DNA of 64,000 bases, from assembly GCA_013115145.1 (NCBI GenBank), contig JAAPAO010000002.1, forward strand, positions 186,001 through 250,000, read 5' to 3'. A program made the translations under genes and the position numbers. This document shows, in pieces, positions 1-11,674 of this stretch. Origin of the DNA: Perkinsus chesapeaki ATCC PRA-425 (taxonomy: Eukaryota > Protista > Perkinsozoa). How positions within the stretch are numbered: the first letter of the stretch is position 1; every line of letters begins with the position of its first letter. The notes under the pieces were generated by a model. It worked only from the letters and a program-made list of their open reading frames with translations. It did not search any database and was not told the origin of the DNA.

Positions 1-54
1 ACACCATTCAACGGCAAATCGTAATTGGCATCCGGTGGAAATTCTCCTTGTCAG

Positions 55-112
55 GAAACTCACTCCGTCAGAGATCGATGAGCATCTGAATGCGATCGCC
101 GAGAAAGACTAG
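55..112 (+). CDS. PSMA6: Proteasome subunit alpha type-6 (alpha1), last exon; gene begins upstream of the window
   Basis: After the acceptor ttctccttgtcag the exon reads KLTPSEIDEHLNAIAEKD*, matching the alpha1 C-terminus (human ILTEAEIDAHLVALAERD). Confidence 0.75.
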
Positions 113-601
113 GGGGTTAATGATATGATTGTTGGTTATTTTCACTGCGGAAGTGTTTCGAATATGCAATCAACTTGTGTTTTGTAGTGGGGTCCCATGG
201 TGTCCTCGGTCGCAAACTGCTTCGGCATCGTTTGACAAAATAGTCGCAGCCAACGGTGGTTTTGTGATTACGCCATTGGCACTGATTATAGCTAAAAATG
301 TTTGCCGAGCTTTGCAAGTAATCAGCGTCGTTGATATCATTCCCGAATGCAACGAATTTCGCTCACACATTCAAAGCCTTCAGACGCAAGTACGTAAAAG
401 GTCTGCCAAGTATGATGAAGGACAATGGTTTAATTGGACCAATTCACTGCAAATGCGTCTGACATGTCATTGCCAATACCAACTGCATTCAATGTAACTC
501 AAGTAAAGCTTTCAGCTTGAATTGAAACACAGTGCACTTAACGAGTATAACAAGAGAACAGTGGTATTTCCTGTTTCGCAGTTCGCAGTGCGCGACAAAC
601 T

Positions 602-2905
602 CTACTCGGTAACAACGATCGCTTCAGCTTCGAAAGCCTGCGCTTTTCCTCTTCTGCGGATCTCATCGGCCTCGGCTTGACATTTAGCGTAGCGTCTCTT
701 CAAAGCCTTGAACTGCTTCTTTGAAGCAGCGAAATCACCATAGCCGGCGAGCTCGAGCCAGTCTGGAGACGGGCCGTAACCAACCTACCAGGCAAGACAG
801 TACAGATCTAAACGTACCAATCCTCCTCCCATACCTTGGTGTAGCCCCAATCAGTATAGCCATTCTGGTACTTTCCGAGCAGGGTAAACGTGAGATCAAA
901 CCAACGATTGGTGAGATCCTCGCAGAAAGCGGGCATTGCGGCCTCGAGCTCTGATAGACAAACCTCCTGTTTAGAACTCATGAGCTAGCCGAAGATGATA
1001 CCTTCGTCAGACTTCTCTAATACCATCATATCAAGCTCGCTCTCTACAGCCACTTGAGCTTTTCGAACATCTTCAATCATGTAGCGGTACTTCAAGTCCA
1101 TCACGTTCGAAACCGACAATACGGCCCACCACAAGGAACTGCGGTTGAACTCACCCTGCCATGCGTACTCCAGAGCCGGTATTGAAGTCTGATAAAGAGG
1201 CAACGATAAAATGCATACCCATATCAAAAGACCAATGAATTACCACAGCTTGCTGGGGTTTCACAACAATGGGGACATAAACGCTGGCATGAGGAGTACC
1301 TAAGAGAGATACTCCCGTAACACAGTGGGGTTTGCCGGACCATACCAGGAGCAAAGTAAATAACATTGGACTTGTTCTGGTAGGATACTGCAAAGTAGGA
1401 ATACTGTGTGCGATACAGTGAAATAGCACGCTCCCAGCCGCCGTACTTGAAGGAACTCTCAGCATCAGCACCATCGTACCTACAGCGCACGTTCCTCAGC
1501 ACAGAGAGCGGTGTAACTTACTACCTGTTGGGGGTGTTGAAAGCACCGCCGGCGATAGAGTTTTTGGTGAGATCATAAGGGGTCCCTTCGTAATGGTCCC
1601 GATAGAGACGCTTGAGGAAGTCTATGGTAACAGGCTCATCAGGCTCCACAGAGAAGGGATAGGTAGCTCTGTCCCATTCAACACCAAGCTCGGGATCTAG
1701 TTCGAGCGAAGGAGCGAACAGGGAAAGGCCTCTCCAGAGACGACGACCGGCATAGTACGGATGATCATACCTGCCGCAAGAATTCCTTCCACTCATCTAC
1801 AGTCGGCACTTACTCGCTCACGCTATAGACCCTGACGAAGTCTAGTTTGCCAGTTCCATCCCACCAGCCAAGTCTGAGAACACGCAATCTTTTTAAGAAC
1901 CGAACAAGCTTTTAATGTCTCCCCTATTACCTCTTCGCCACGTCGAAAATATTCTTAGAGAACATGAAGTTTTCAGAGTCATCGGCATCGATCTCGCGGA
2001 TTACGAAGACATTAGGTACCATCGTAGCGTGGCCCTTGGGAACCTTCTGGGCAGCCCACACCGCTCCCTTGCCAGTATCATCAGCCAGTATATGGAAGAC
2101 CCAGGCCTCGGTCTTGTCGGCAATGGTCAAAGCCTCTCCGGCTTCATTAATAGTGGTGGTGCCGTAGAAACCGTACTCCTCGGCAAGACCACCCATTGTC
2201 TCGATGGCACACCTAGCGGTAGCGCAGCGCTCCATAGCAATATCGGTGAGCTCGCCAACCCAGAGGAGTGCGCCATCAGTGTCCGATGTATCCTCTGAAG
2301 AAACAAAATTTTGGAGTCCCAAATAATCGTCCCTCGCTACTTCGGGGCTCAGCAGCCAAGCGGCCACTACAGCTGCTCTCTCCCATTGATAAACCAGCTT
2401 CATTCATAACACCATAAGCTGCATCCCAATAACCATAAGTGGTACCCTCAGGCATATCAATATATCCAATGGGTACACTAGGCTGTTGATCAGGAGATGC
2501 TGGAGCATAACTTGGTGCTCTGGAAGCATCCACAATCCTGGGGTAGTCGTCAGTCTGTTTGTAGACTGCTCTCTTCTCGCCCGCGGCGAACGTCTTGGGA
2601 GGTACATACCTGAGATTCCTGAGATCCTCCAGAAGAATCAAATCATCATAGCTTACACCATCCTAAAGTCAATCGGGCTGCCGTCCGCGCTGGTGCCGGA
2701 GATGCAACCTCCATCAATAGTAGCTGCACAATCAACAGCCATAGCAGTGCAGTGATCATGATCTTGGCGCACACGCTCTCTAGGAACCTGAAGGATACGT
2801 TGTGTGTATGGACTGGATATCGGTGGGCGCTTACGCTACCTCTAGGGTGGATCCTAAGGCCAACCCGAGTCCACTCAGAATAAGTGAAGAAATTCTGCGC
2901 ATCAT
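602..2905 (-). CDS. Peptidase family C69 (dipeptidase/secernin-like Ntn hydrolase), copy 1, signal peptide, about 9 introns
   Basis: Spliced reading MMRRISSLILSGLGLALGSTLE|VPRERVRQDHDHCTAMAVDC...GESSCSGRL...EAGEALTIAD...AVWAAQKVPKGH...WERAISLYRT...LLGKYQNGY...VVTE*. Collinear with the intronless copy at 9343-11103. Confidence 0.88.
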
Positions 2906-3324
2906 GGTCAAAGGGAAAAAGGTACTGAAGAGATGTTACACATAAAACTTCAGCACTGACACGACGATGGAGCAGTCGTCTTCGAACGAAGTCGTACTAG
3001 CCACGGGTGATTGCAGTCGCACAAATGTACCACTTGGATAAGCTAGCTGATAGCTGGTGGTTTAATTATAATGAGATCGGTCGTGTGATATTCCGAATAA
3101 TATCTGGTGAGTTTTGGGGGACAACTGTACACAAGATTCTCTAGCCAAAGATCCGACCATGCACAGACGAAAACTATACCCAGAGGCGAGCTACCACAAT
3201 GCAATTCCGGCGTAGAAATACTGAAATACAGTAACTGTATAGCATAGGAAAGTCTAAAATTGGTAAATGAAGGTTCGGTTGAACTACCGTTCTTTAAGAA
3301 ACAATTGCGAGCATTCTGCGATAT

Positions 3325-5445
3325 TTATTCGTCTCTATGACGGATGGCATCGGCCACTCCCTGAGCCTTAACATAGCGCTCCCTTAGGCCGTCGAACTGT
3401 TGCTTAGTAGCGTCAAACTTGTCGAAGCAGGCTGCCTTCAACCAGCCAGTTCCGGGGCCGTAGCCGGCCTGAGAATGAACATCACTGGATTCCGAAACAA
3501 GAACACTAATCTACTTTAGCATAGCCCCAGTCGGTGTATCCATTCTGATATTTGCCTAAGAGCGTATAGTGAAGCTTGAACCAGCGGCGGGTGAGGTCGT
3601 CGCATATCGCGGGGGTTTCCTTTTCGACCTCTGAGAACAGCCGAGATGACGACCGATTACTGAAATAACAGCAATAACCTTCAGGCGATTTTGTCTTCAT
3701 CATCTTGTCGAGTTCGTCTTCAGCTTCCTTCTGAGCTTTCTGAACATCCTTCACCATGTAGCACCATTTCAAGTCCATGGTATTGGACACGCTCAGAACT
3801 GCCCACCATAAGGACTTTTCGTTGAACTCACCCTGCCAGGTATTCTCTAGTGCTGGAATAGAAGTCTAAAAATGGTATGAGGAATCGATGAGGATTAGCA
3901 TGAAACTTACCACAGTTGGATTGGGCATTACAACAATAGGGACGAAGACGCTTGCGTGAGGGGCACCTGACCGTTGCGCTGATACGAATGGAAGAGTTTA
4001 CGCCTACCAATGGCGAAATGAAGGACGCCGGGCTTTCCCTTGTATGCAACAGCGATGTAGGCATACTGCGTCCGGAATAGAGATATCGCTCTCTCCCAGG
4101 CACCGTACTTCACGGAGTTTTCAGCCTCAGATTCAGCGTATCTAGTAGAGGTTAAAGATGCAAATGAAGCAATAGTCCGGCATACCTGTTGGGAGTTCTG
4201 AACGGGCCACCAGAAGTCACGTGGTTGGTAAGGTCATATTTGGTACCCTCCATATGATCACGGTACAGATGCCTCATCTGGTCCAAGGTGATCGGCTTAT
4301 CGGGCTTCACAGAGAAGGGATAGGTCGGACAATCGACTTCAACGCCAAGCTTAGGATCGAAGTTTTGTGAAGGTGCCCATAGGGAGAAGGCCCTCCACAA
4401 ACGACGTCCTGCGTAGTAAGGATGGTTGTACCTACCAGGAAGCTTGGGTGGATGGGACTGGAGCAAGACCGCGTACTCGCCAACGCTGAATGTCCTGGTA
4501 AAGTCCAGTAGACCGATACCATCCCACCAGCCCAATCTGAAAGGAGGTCAGTCCTTGTGTATCGAAAGAGCATCCGAGCCCACCTGTTAGCAACATCGTA
4601 CATGTTCTTTGAGAATATAAAATTCTCGCTATCCTTGGGGTCGATACCACGAATAACGAAAACGTTAGGCACAATAGTGGCGTGACCCTTCGGAACCTTC
4701 TCGGCAGCCCAGACAGCCCCCTTTCCGGTATCGTCAGCAAGCACATGGAAGACCCATGCCTCGTCGCCGTCAGCGACGGTCAACGCTTCACCAGCTTCCT
4801 CAACTTCAGTGGTGCCATAGAAGCCATGTTCTTCGGCTAAGCGGCCCATGGTCTCGATGGCCCCACGGGCAGTACTGCATAGCTCTAGTGCAACACTGGC
4901 GAGTTCTCCGATCCAGAAGAGCGCACCATTGGCGTCTTCATCTGAACGAAGTAGACATGTCAGAGCCAACGTTTCGGCTTCTGGTATACTTACCCACAGG
5001 AAGGGAAGTCAAGCGACCACTGCAGCTGCTTTCACCCATACACACGCCTGCTTCGTTCATCAGGCCATATGCGGCTTCCCAGTAACCATAGGTCTTCCCC
5101 TCAGGCATGTCGATATACCCTATGGGCTTGCTGAGCTCCTGCTTCGGGTTGGCAGGGGCATAACTAGGGGCCCTCTCAGGATCGACGATCCGAGGGTACG
5201 ACTGGAACTGCTTGTAGATCGCTCTTCTCCCGTTAGGGCCATAAGTCTTAGGAGGTATATACCTGGCAAAGGGAACTCACAGCACTCCTCTACATGATTG
5301 ATGCCATAACATACACTAAGCGAAAATCCATGGGAGTGCCATCGGCACTAGTAGCCGCGATGCAGCCCCCGTCTGCAGTGGCCGATCCATCTACAGCTGT
5401 AGCGGTACAGTGGCCTCTTTGTAAAAAGTCACCAGAAACACTCAT
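3325..5445 (-). CDS. Peptidase family C69, copy 2, no signal peptide, about 8 introns
   Basis: Exon 1 MSVSGDFLQRGHCTATAVDGSATADGGCIAATSADGTPMDFRL (5315-5445), then YIPPKTYG...GESSCSGRL...WERAISLFRT...LLGKYQNGY...IRHRDE*. An in-frame TGA lies just upstream of the ATG. Confidence 0.88.
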
Positions 5446-5592
5446 TTTTCAAGATTACAGGAACTAGATAGAACTGAGCGAGAATTCCCTCTGGTACTGC
5501 GCAAGGACTTCGGCGAATTCGACGGAGGTGTAGAATGCTGGGGCGATACACTTGTTACTTATATTGATGTAACACATGCCCCAAAAGCCTAC

Positions 5593-5723
5593 ACCAAACG
5601 ATTATCCAAGGGACTGCCATCAGCGCTAGTGGCAGCTATGCAGCCACCATCGGCGGTCGCCGCACAGTCGACAGCGACTGCTGTGCAATTGCCGCTTTGC
5701 AAAAAATTTGAGGACTTTGCCAT
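5593..5723 (-). other. Duplicated/alternative first exon (1a) of C69 copy 2, or an orphan exon
   Basis: MAKSSNFLQSGNCTAVAVDCAATADGGCIAATSADGSPLDNRL+GT|gtaggc. It is 131 nt, the same length and phase as exon 5315-5445. Confidence 0.8.
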
Positions 5724-6003
5724 TCCGAAAGAGCGAAGATAACTTCTGAAGAAATGACAGTAGGATGTCGCGGACTAATTCCCATTAGGATTAGCGGTGC
5801 TCGCGAAGCAGGGGACAGCCGACACAAAGAGTGACTAATTTGTTTTAATGTCGCACAACCATTGGACTTGTCGATAATATCACGTTTTGTATGTTTTGGC
5901 CATTCATAAAGACGATGGGGATAGTGCGTTGCCCAGTGAACACAAAAGTCTGTTACAATATGTACAAGAAAGCGTGAAATAAAGATATGCATGAGTAGCA
6001 AAA

Positions 6004-9000
6004 TCAGCGTGTCATGGTATACTTTATGTTCTTCGGGGCTTCAGGTAGCTCCCAAAGAGGGTCTAGGCCGCCGGAAGGTGCCTTCAGGGAGCCCTCCATC
6101 GAGGGACTGCTGTGGTGGCTGCTATACTCCGATGAAGTTGAAAGATGCGACTGAAATGAGTACGATGAAAATTGTATGAAGCATTGTGTAGCCGCTACTT
6201 GGCAATCCATTCGATGGGAAGTTACTCCTTGAGGAACGATTTCGGTTTTAGAACATGTCACTAGTGAATAGTCTCCCCGGGTGCCGATAGCCGAAGAAGT
6301 TGCAGCCTTCAGCATATCAGGAGGCAGAGAGATCAGCGGGGTTGACAAGTCCACATTTCCGAGATCCGATACGCTGCTTTGGCTTGTGAGTAACGAGGAA
6401 AGTTTCTCGGACAATTCTGCATCAGCGCCAGCCTAAGAAGGAGGATCAGCCAAGCAAAGCGTTTTGACTGACAGCAAACTACCAGAGTATCCATAACATG
6501 TGTTATGAGTTCGGACTCGGAGTCGAAGGAAACATCAAGAGCACGACGGTGTTTTTTAGTTAGAGCTCGCATCGCGGGAAGGGCTTCAATATAGGCCTGA
6601 TGTCTCACCATGCCTATGGAGCAAAAGAGCGACACTCCAGGCATACCCGAGCCGTCTCCTCTGAGGCTTGCATTTTCTCATTATTTGTCATGAAATATAG
6701 AACTGACCATATACCGTCGAGGGTAAGATCAGGCCGAGAACAAGCAAGCTGAAACCAAGTTTCCAACATCCTTCTACTCTACAAAAACTGTGATGCATAC
6801 CTCAATGATGGGCTTCGTTGTTGCCAACGTGCCATTTCCCTCGGAAGAATCATGGCCCGCAGTGGAATACTTGGCAACAATCCACATGGTGCAACGTAGA
6901 AAATGTGGGCAAGATAAGGCCCAATTTTGCACAGATTCGACGGTCTAATACCACAGTGACGTATTATAAGCAGCAAGTTGTCAGTACCTCGGAATATTCT
7001 GGGAAGAAAGCGCCTTGGGAGCCCCTAGTCGAGGACGCAGCGGACTTTAGTATTGATACAGCCAGCTTCACGCCATACGCACGTACCTATGTTTCCGAAT
7101 ATAATTTGGTATCTTATGGATAGGGTGCCTCCTCCACGCTGTCGCATATGTCCATGAATTGCCTTGCTATTTCTTTGCCAGTTTCCTCGTAACCAGCTGC
7201 CTTTGCTCCGCATTTAACGAGAGTGAGTAAATACCAACCAAAGTCCTCAACTAGAGCGTACCGGTCTCTCGAGCACAACTGTCGGGAGGGAGCTGTGTAA
7301 GCCGTAGTATGTCTGCACTCACTTCGAGGATCGTCTTAACAAAGTCATCTTTCATCTCATCGCGTGTTCCTTCAGTGTCGCTGAGCTCGGCACCTGAGGT
7401 AACGTTTCTACTGGCCAAAGCAAGCACATGGTGCTCTCCTGGCCAACTACTCATTTTATCGATCCGGGAAAGGAGAGAATCGACTATTGCCTGGAGATTC
7501 TCGCCAGAGATGATTAGGTTTAGGATTCTTAAGCATATGCGCCTGTCAAAGTGAAGACACTCACACGTTAACCGTTGACTGTGAAGCTTGACCACCTGAT
7601 AGACTTGTCGTAAACATCTTGCAGCCCTTCTACGATGAAGGGGTGCCAGAGACCTTCCTGAGATTTTATGTCACCGCCACTCCGGCATCTCTGGAGGTAT
7701 CTGGCGACCGAAGCATTCACGTGGAAATCAAGATCGGACTAGCCTACGTTTCCAACATGCGAAGACCGAGAAAACGCAGGTTGCGATCGACGCTTGTCAG
7801 CAAGTCCTTAAGTCTAGGAAGGCACTCCTTATCGAGAGCCTCGTGGTCAAGGGGTAAGAACTGGAGTCCCGTGCTCATGCATTCGACTTCAACGGATTTC
7901 GCCTTCGTGTTTTGCAGCAAGTTGAGCAGAGGTTTCACCTAGAACATGCATGCAAGAGGAAGCCTGCTCGTTTGACACCAGTTTCCCGGGTAGCCTTTCC
8001 TCAACGGGGCACAACAGCTGGAACAACTTTAGAAGCTTTATAGTCAGCCAGTTGTTTCGGGTGTTAACCAGAAGATGCCAAAGCTGTGGTACAAGAATCT
8101 ACCAGAATCAAAACCGTCTACTTCGCCTCGTTGCAGAAGTGACTGGCTACGAGACAATTCCTCGGGCTCCTCGCAGCAATTTCAGTCACGGCTGTCACAG
8201 TCGCAGTGAGAACGCCTTGGTCTTCATCAGCAAGCAGATCTCTAAGCAAAGTAGTGTGCTTCCGAGTAGCAAGCCCTATTTAACACCTGAACTTCGGAAA
8301 GGCAGCGTGTAGGAGCTGGGGGTATTTCTCGCATAGCCGGAACAGGCATAGGACCACCTTCTTCCTTAGATAGGGATTAGGTGTAGCTAGCAGTTTCATA
8401 ACCTGCGAATTGCTCGACACTCCATACAGGGAACACAAGTGCAACTTCGTGTTCGCCAACGTCTCTGGCCATGTCCTGTGTGGCTATGCAGGAAAGGGTC
8501 GAGACGTAAACACCTTTCTCAACTGCGGAAGATCGCGGATTAGACAGACCCTGCTGGGGCACCGGTAGTGTAGTTGTGTGAATACTAGTTACCTTCTTAA
8601 ACAGGTTAACAGCTAGCAATGCGGCATCGGTATTCGAGTCGAAAGAAATGCACGCGCAAAGAAATCCTGGCCGCTTCACTTGTAGAGAATTCGCAGACAT
8701 GACCTGTGACGAACACAGTAAACAGGAAAAACAGACCACACGTACCTCAAGCGCTTCGAATGCCAGTGATGATAGGTCGTAACCTTGGGAGCAGAGCTGG
8801 ACAGAACCCAGTCAACATTCGGTTGATATCTGCCCCCAATGCCTACATATGCAGCTTTGAGAACTGCAGTGCTCTTCACAGCCATGTCCTGTTGTTGCAC
8901 TTCCATCTGGACTTCCCCAATGCACTGAGTTATGAACGTCTTGTCGCCTCCAGCCGCCCCCTGCTGTCGGGCCCTGATACCTTTGACCATGGTGGTCAAA

Positions 9001-9017
9001 TCTTTCTGTTGGAACAT
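6004..9017 (-). CDS. AP3D1: AP-3 complex subunit delta (multi-exon; 3' end approximate)
   Basis: N-terminus MFQQKDLTTMVKGIRARQQ...FITQCIGEVQMEVQQQDMAVKSTAVLKAAY matches delta-adaptin; later exons LLAVNLFKK, CIATQDMARD, CLPRLKDLL, MKPLLNLLQNTKAKSVEVEC. Confidence 0.88.
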
Positions 9018-9342
9018 GTTGTAGCAAGCTATCAATAGCTACATTTACCGTTCATTGCATCTACACCTGCTCCCACTAAGAACAACGCGACACTTTCGAC
9101 TACGCTTAGGAGCGGGAGCTCCTACTAAGCAAGGATCTTGTCCAAACCAATATTTGGCGTATAACATAGTGAAAGTGAGAGACAGCGCCTAGTCGGCGCA
9201 AAGAAGCACTGCTCAGAAGCAGTTGGCTATTCGAGGAGCGATCCATTAGGATCATCACTAAATGACTCAGAAATAGATAAGTATCACATAAGTGTTACAT
9301 CTTATAGCTAAAGATCAGAATAAACAATACAGCAAAACATTT

Positions 9343-11103
9343 TTACGCGCCAATAGCGGCGACACGAATTTCATCGGCTTCCTTCTGAGTCTCCGTGTAA
9401 CGATGCCTGAGTTCAGCAAACTGCTCAGGGGTAGCGTTGAAGTCTTGGAATCCGGCAGCACGTAGCCACTCAGATGAAGGGCCATAGCCGACCTGCGTGT
9501 AGCCCCAGTCAGAGTAGCCATTCTGGTACTTGCCGAGCAGAGTGTAGTGCAGATTTAGCCACTTCTCAGTAACGTAGTCTCCGAACTCGGCCGTTTGGGC
9601 CTCGACTTCATCAGGGGTTTGAGTAGCCATCATCACATCGACTTGGTGTTCGATCTCGTACTGGGCCTTCCTGACATCGTTAATCATATACATGTACTTG
9701 AGATCCATAACATTAGAGACGGTCTCACTCGCCCACCAGAGAGACTTACTGCTGAACTCTCCTTGCCAAGCATTTTCGAGCGCAGGGATCGACTGCACCG
9801 TCGGATTATGCTTGACGATAATAGGGATGTAGACGCTAGCATGGGGAGTCATGGGAGCAAAGTAGATAACATTGTAGTCTTTGTACGTAACAGCAATGTA
9901 AGAATACATAGTACGATAGAGAGAAATTGCTCGTTCCCAAGCACCGTGTTGGAAAGTAGCTTCAGCTCGACCGCCGGCATACCTATTAGGGGTCTTGAAC
10001 GGACCACCAGCAACGACATGACGGGTAAGGTCGTAGTCAGTGCCTTCCATGTGATCTCTATAGAGACGCTTCATGAAGTCGATGGTTACGGGCTCATCGG
10101 GCTGCACTGAGAACGGATAAGTAGGATGGTCCCACTCAACACCTAAGGTAGGGTCGAGATTGAGAGAAGGGGCAAATAGTGAGAGGCCTCTCCACACACG
10201 ACGACCAGAGTAGTAGGGGTTGTTGTACTCGCTGACACTGTACGTGGCTGCGAAGTCGAGAAGACCTTCACCATTCCACCAGCCAAGTCTCAAAGCAATA
10301 TCGAAGATGTTGTCGGAGAACATGAAGTTGTCGCCATCTGTAGGATCGATTTCCCGGATAACGAAGACGTTCGGGACGATAGTGGCATGGCCCTTAGGGA
10401 CTCGCTCAGCAGCCCAAACGGCTCCTTCAGCGGTATCATCTCCCAAAATATGGAACACCCAGACTTCGGTGCCATCGGCAATAGTGAGAGCTTCGCCGGC
10501 TTCCTTCACGCCAACAGAGCCATAGAAACCGTGCTCCTCAGCAAGCTTGCCCATAGTCTGGATAGCACATCTAGCGGTGGAACATACTTCAAGAGCAATA
10601 TCTGATAACTCGCCGACCCAGAACAATGCACCGCTGCCGTTGGGGCCATCTCCTTTAGGAACGGAGCTCAAGCGGCCACTACAGCTGCTCTCTCCCATTG
10701 ATAAGCCAGCTTCATTCATAACACCATAAGCTGCATCCCAATAACCATAAGTGGTACCCTCAGGCATATCAATATATCCAATAGGTACACTAGGCTGTTG
10801 ATCAGGGGATGCTGGAGCATAACTTGGTGCTCTGGAAGCATCCACAATCCTCGGGTAGTCCTGGTTCTGCTTGTAGACAGCTCTCTTCTCGCCAGGACCA
10901 TAAGTCTTGGGAGGAACATACACCATCCGGAAATCCAAGGGGCTTCCATCAGCACTAGTTGCTGCTATGCAACCACCATCAGCAGTAGCAGCACAGTCGA
11001 CGGCAGTAGCCGTACAGTGGTCATGATCTAAACGGTCACGAGGGGGTTCTATGGCGGCACTGAGACCTGCCGACGCCAAAAGAGCTAGTGTGAATGGGAG
11101 CAT
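9343..11103 (-). CDS. Peptidase family C69, copy 3, intronless, signal peptide, 586 aa
   Basis: Single ORF. The likely start is MLPFTLALLASAGLSAAIEPPRDRLDHDHCTATAVDC, directly after the pyrimidine tract/AG cttctttttattttccacag. Confidence 0.92.
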   Translation of the reverse strand: MLPFTLALLASAGLSAAIEPPRDRLDHDHCTATAVDCAATADGGCIAATSADGSPLDFRMVYVPPKTYGPGEKRAVYKQNQDYPRIVDASRAPSYAPASPDQQPSVPIGYIDMPEGTTYGYWDAAYGVMNEAGLSMGESSCSGRLSSVPKGDGPNGSGALFWVGELSDIALEVCSTARCAIQTMGKLAEEHGFYGSVGVKEAGEALTIADGTEVWVFHILGDDTAEGAVWAAERVPKGHATIVPNVFVIREIDPTDGDNFMFSDNIFDIALRLGWWNGEGLLDFAATYSVSEYNNPYYSGRRVWRGLSLFAPSLNLDPTLGVEWDHPTYPFSVQPDEPVTIDFMKRLYRDHMEGTDYDLTRHVVAGGPFKTPNRYAGGRAEATFQHGAWERAISLYRTMYSYIAVTYKDYNVIYFAPMTPHASVYIPIIVKHNPTVQSIPALENAWQGEFSSKSLWWASETVSNVMDLKYMYMINDVRKAQYEIEHQVDVMMATQTPDEVEAQTAEFGDYVTEKWLNLHYTLLGKYQNGYSDWGYTQVGYGPSSEWLRAAGFQDFNATPEQFAELRHRYTETQKEADEIRVAAIGA

Positions 11104-11674
11104 GCTGTGGAAAATAAAAAGAAGCTGAAGAAAGGTCTTACATATACGGGATGAAAATCCTCCTGAAGGTACCCTAATAACGATGACTTGTAATCCGGTA
11201 TCCGAAGCTAGTCTCCCTAGCCGGCCAGAGCTGCGGCCCCAGAGCTTTGCGCCAAGGGACACGCGATGATTCCACTGTGGAATGTCCCCGTACTAGTCTA
11301 TTCTGTCGTTATATGTAACACGATTAGAGACGGCCAGGAATAAGAAAGCCACAATTTGTGGCCCACAAACCGAAGTTGAAGATGCGTTACGCGTTCCTTC
11401 GGTGACACCGAGTTGGCGTAAATTCGCGAGTGTCGACATTGATAGCTATGCAAGGTAACGCGGTATATGTGTTGCAGAATGGATGGACCCCTCCACCAAA
11501 AAACAGAATAAGCTCTTAACTTAGAACGCAACGTAGTGGAATGAGAAATCGCATTGATCTCGGTTCATGGAAAAAGTCGGCCACTGCCAGACTACACACT
11601 CGATATGACTACACAGCTCACATCGTGACAAATAGGTCATGTATAAAGAAAATTTCTAACTGATAGGGACTATA

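Noticed and set aside
9595-11031. Long plus-strand ORFs opposite the peptidase genes (also 1915-2298, 4848-5297, 44226-45313)
   Set aside because: These are antisense shadows of real coding sequence with no independent protein features.
9343-11262. 53-aa N-terminal extension of the 639-aa ORF
   Set aside because: The Met at 11103 starts a clean signal peptide, follows an acceptor-like site and aligns with copy 1, so the extension is probably non-coding.
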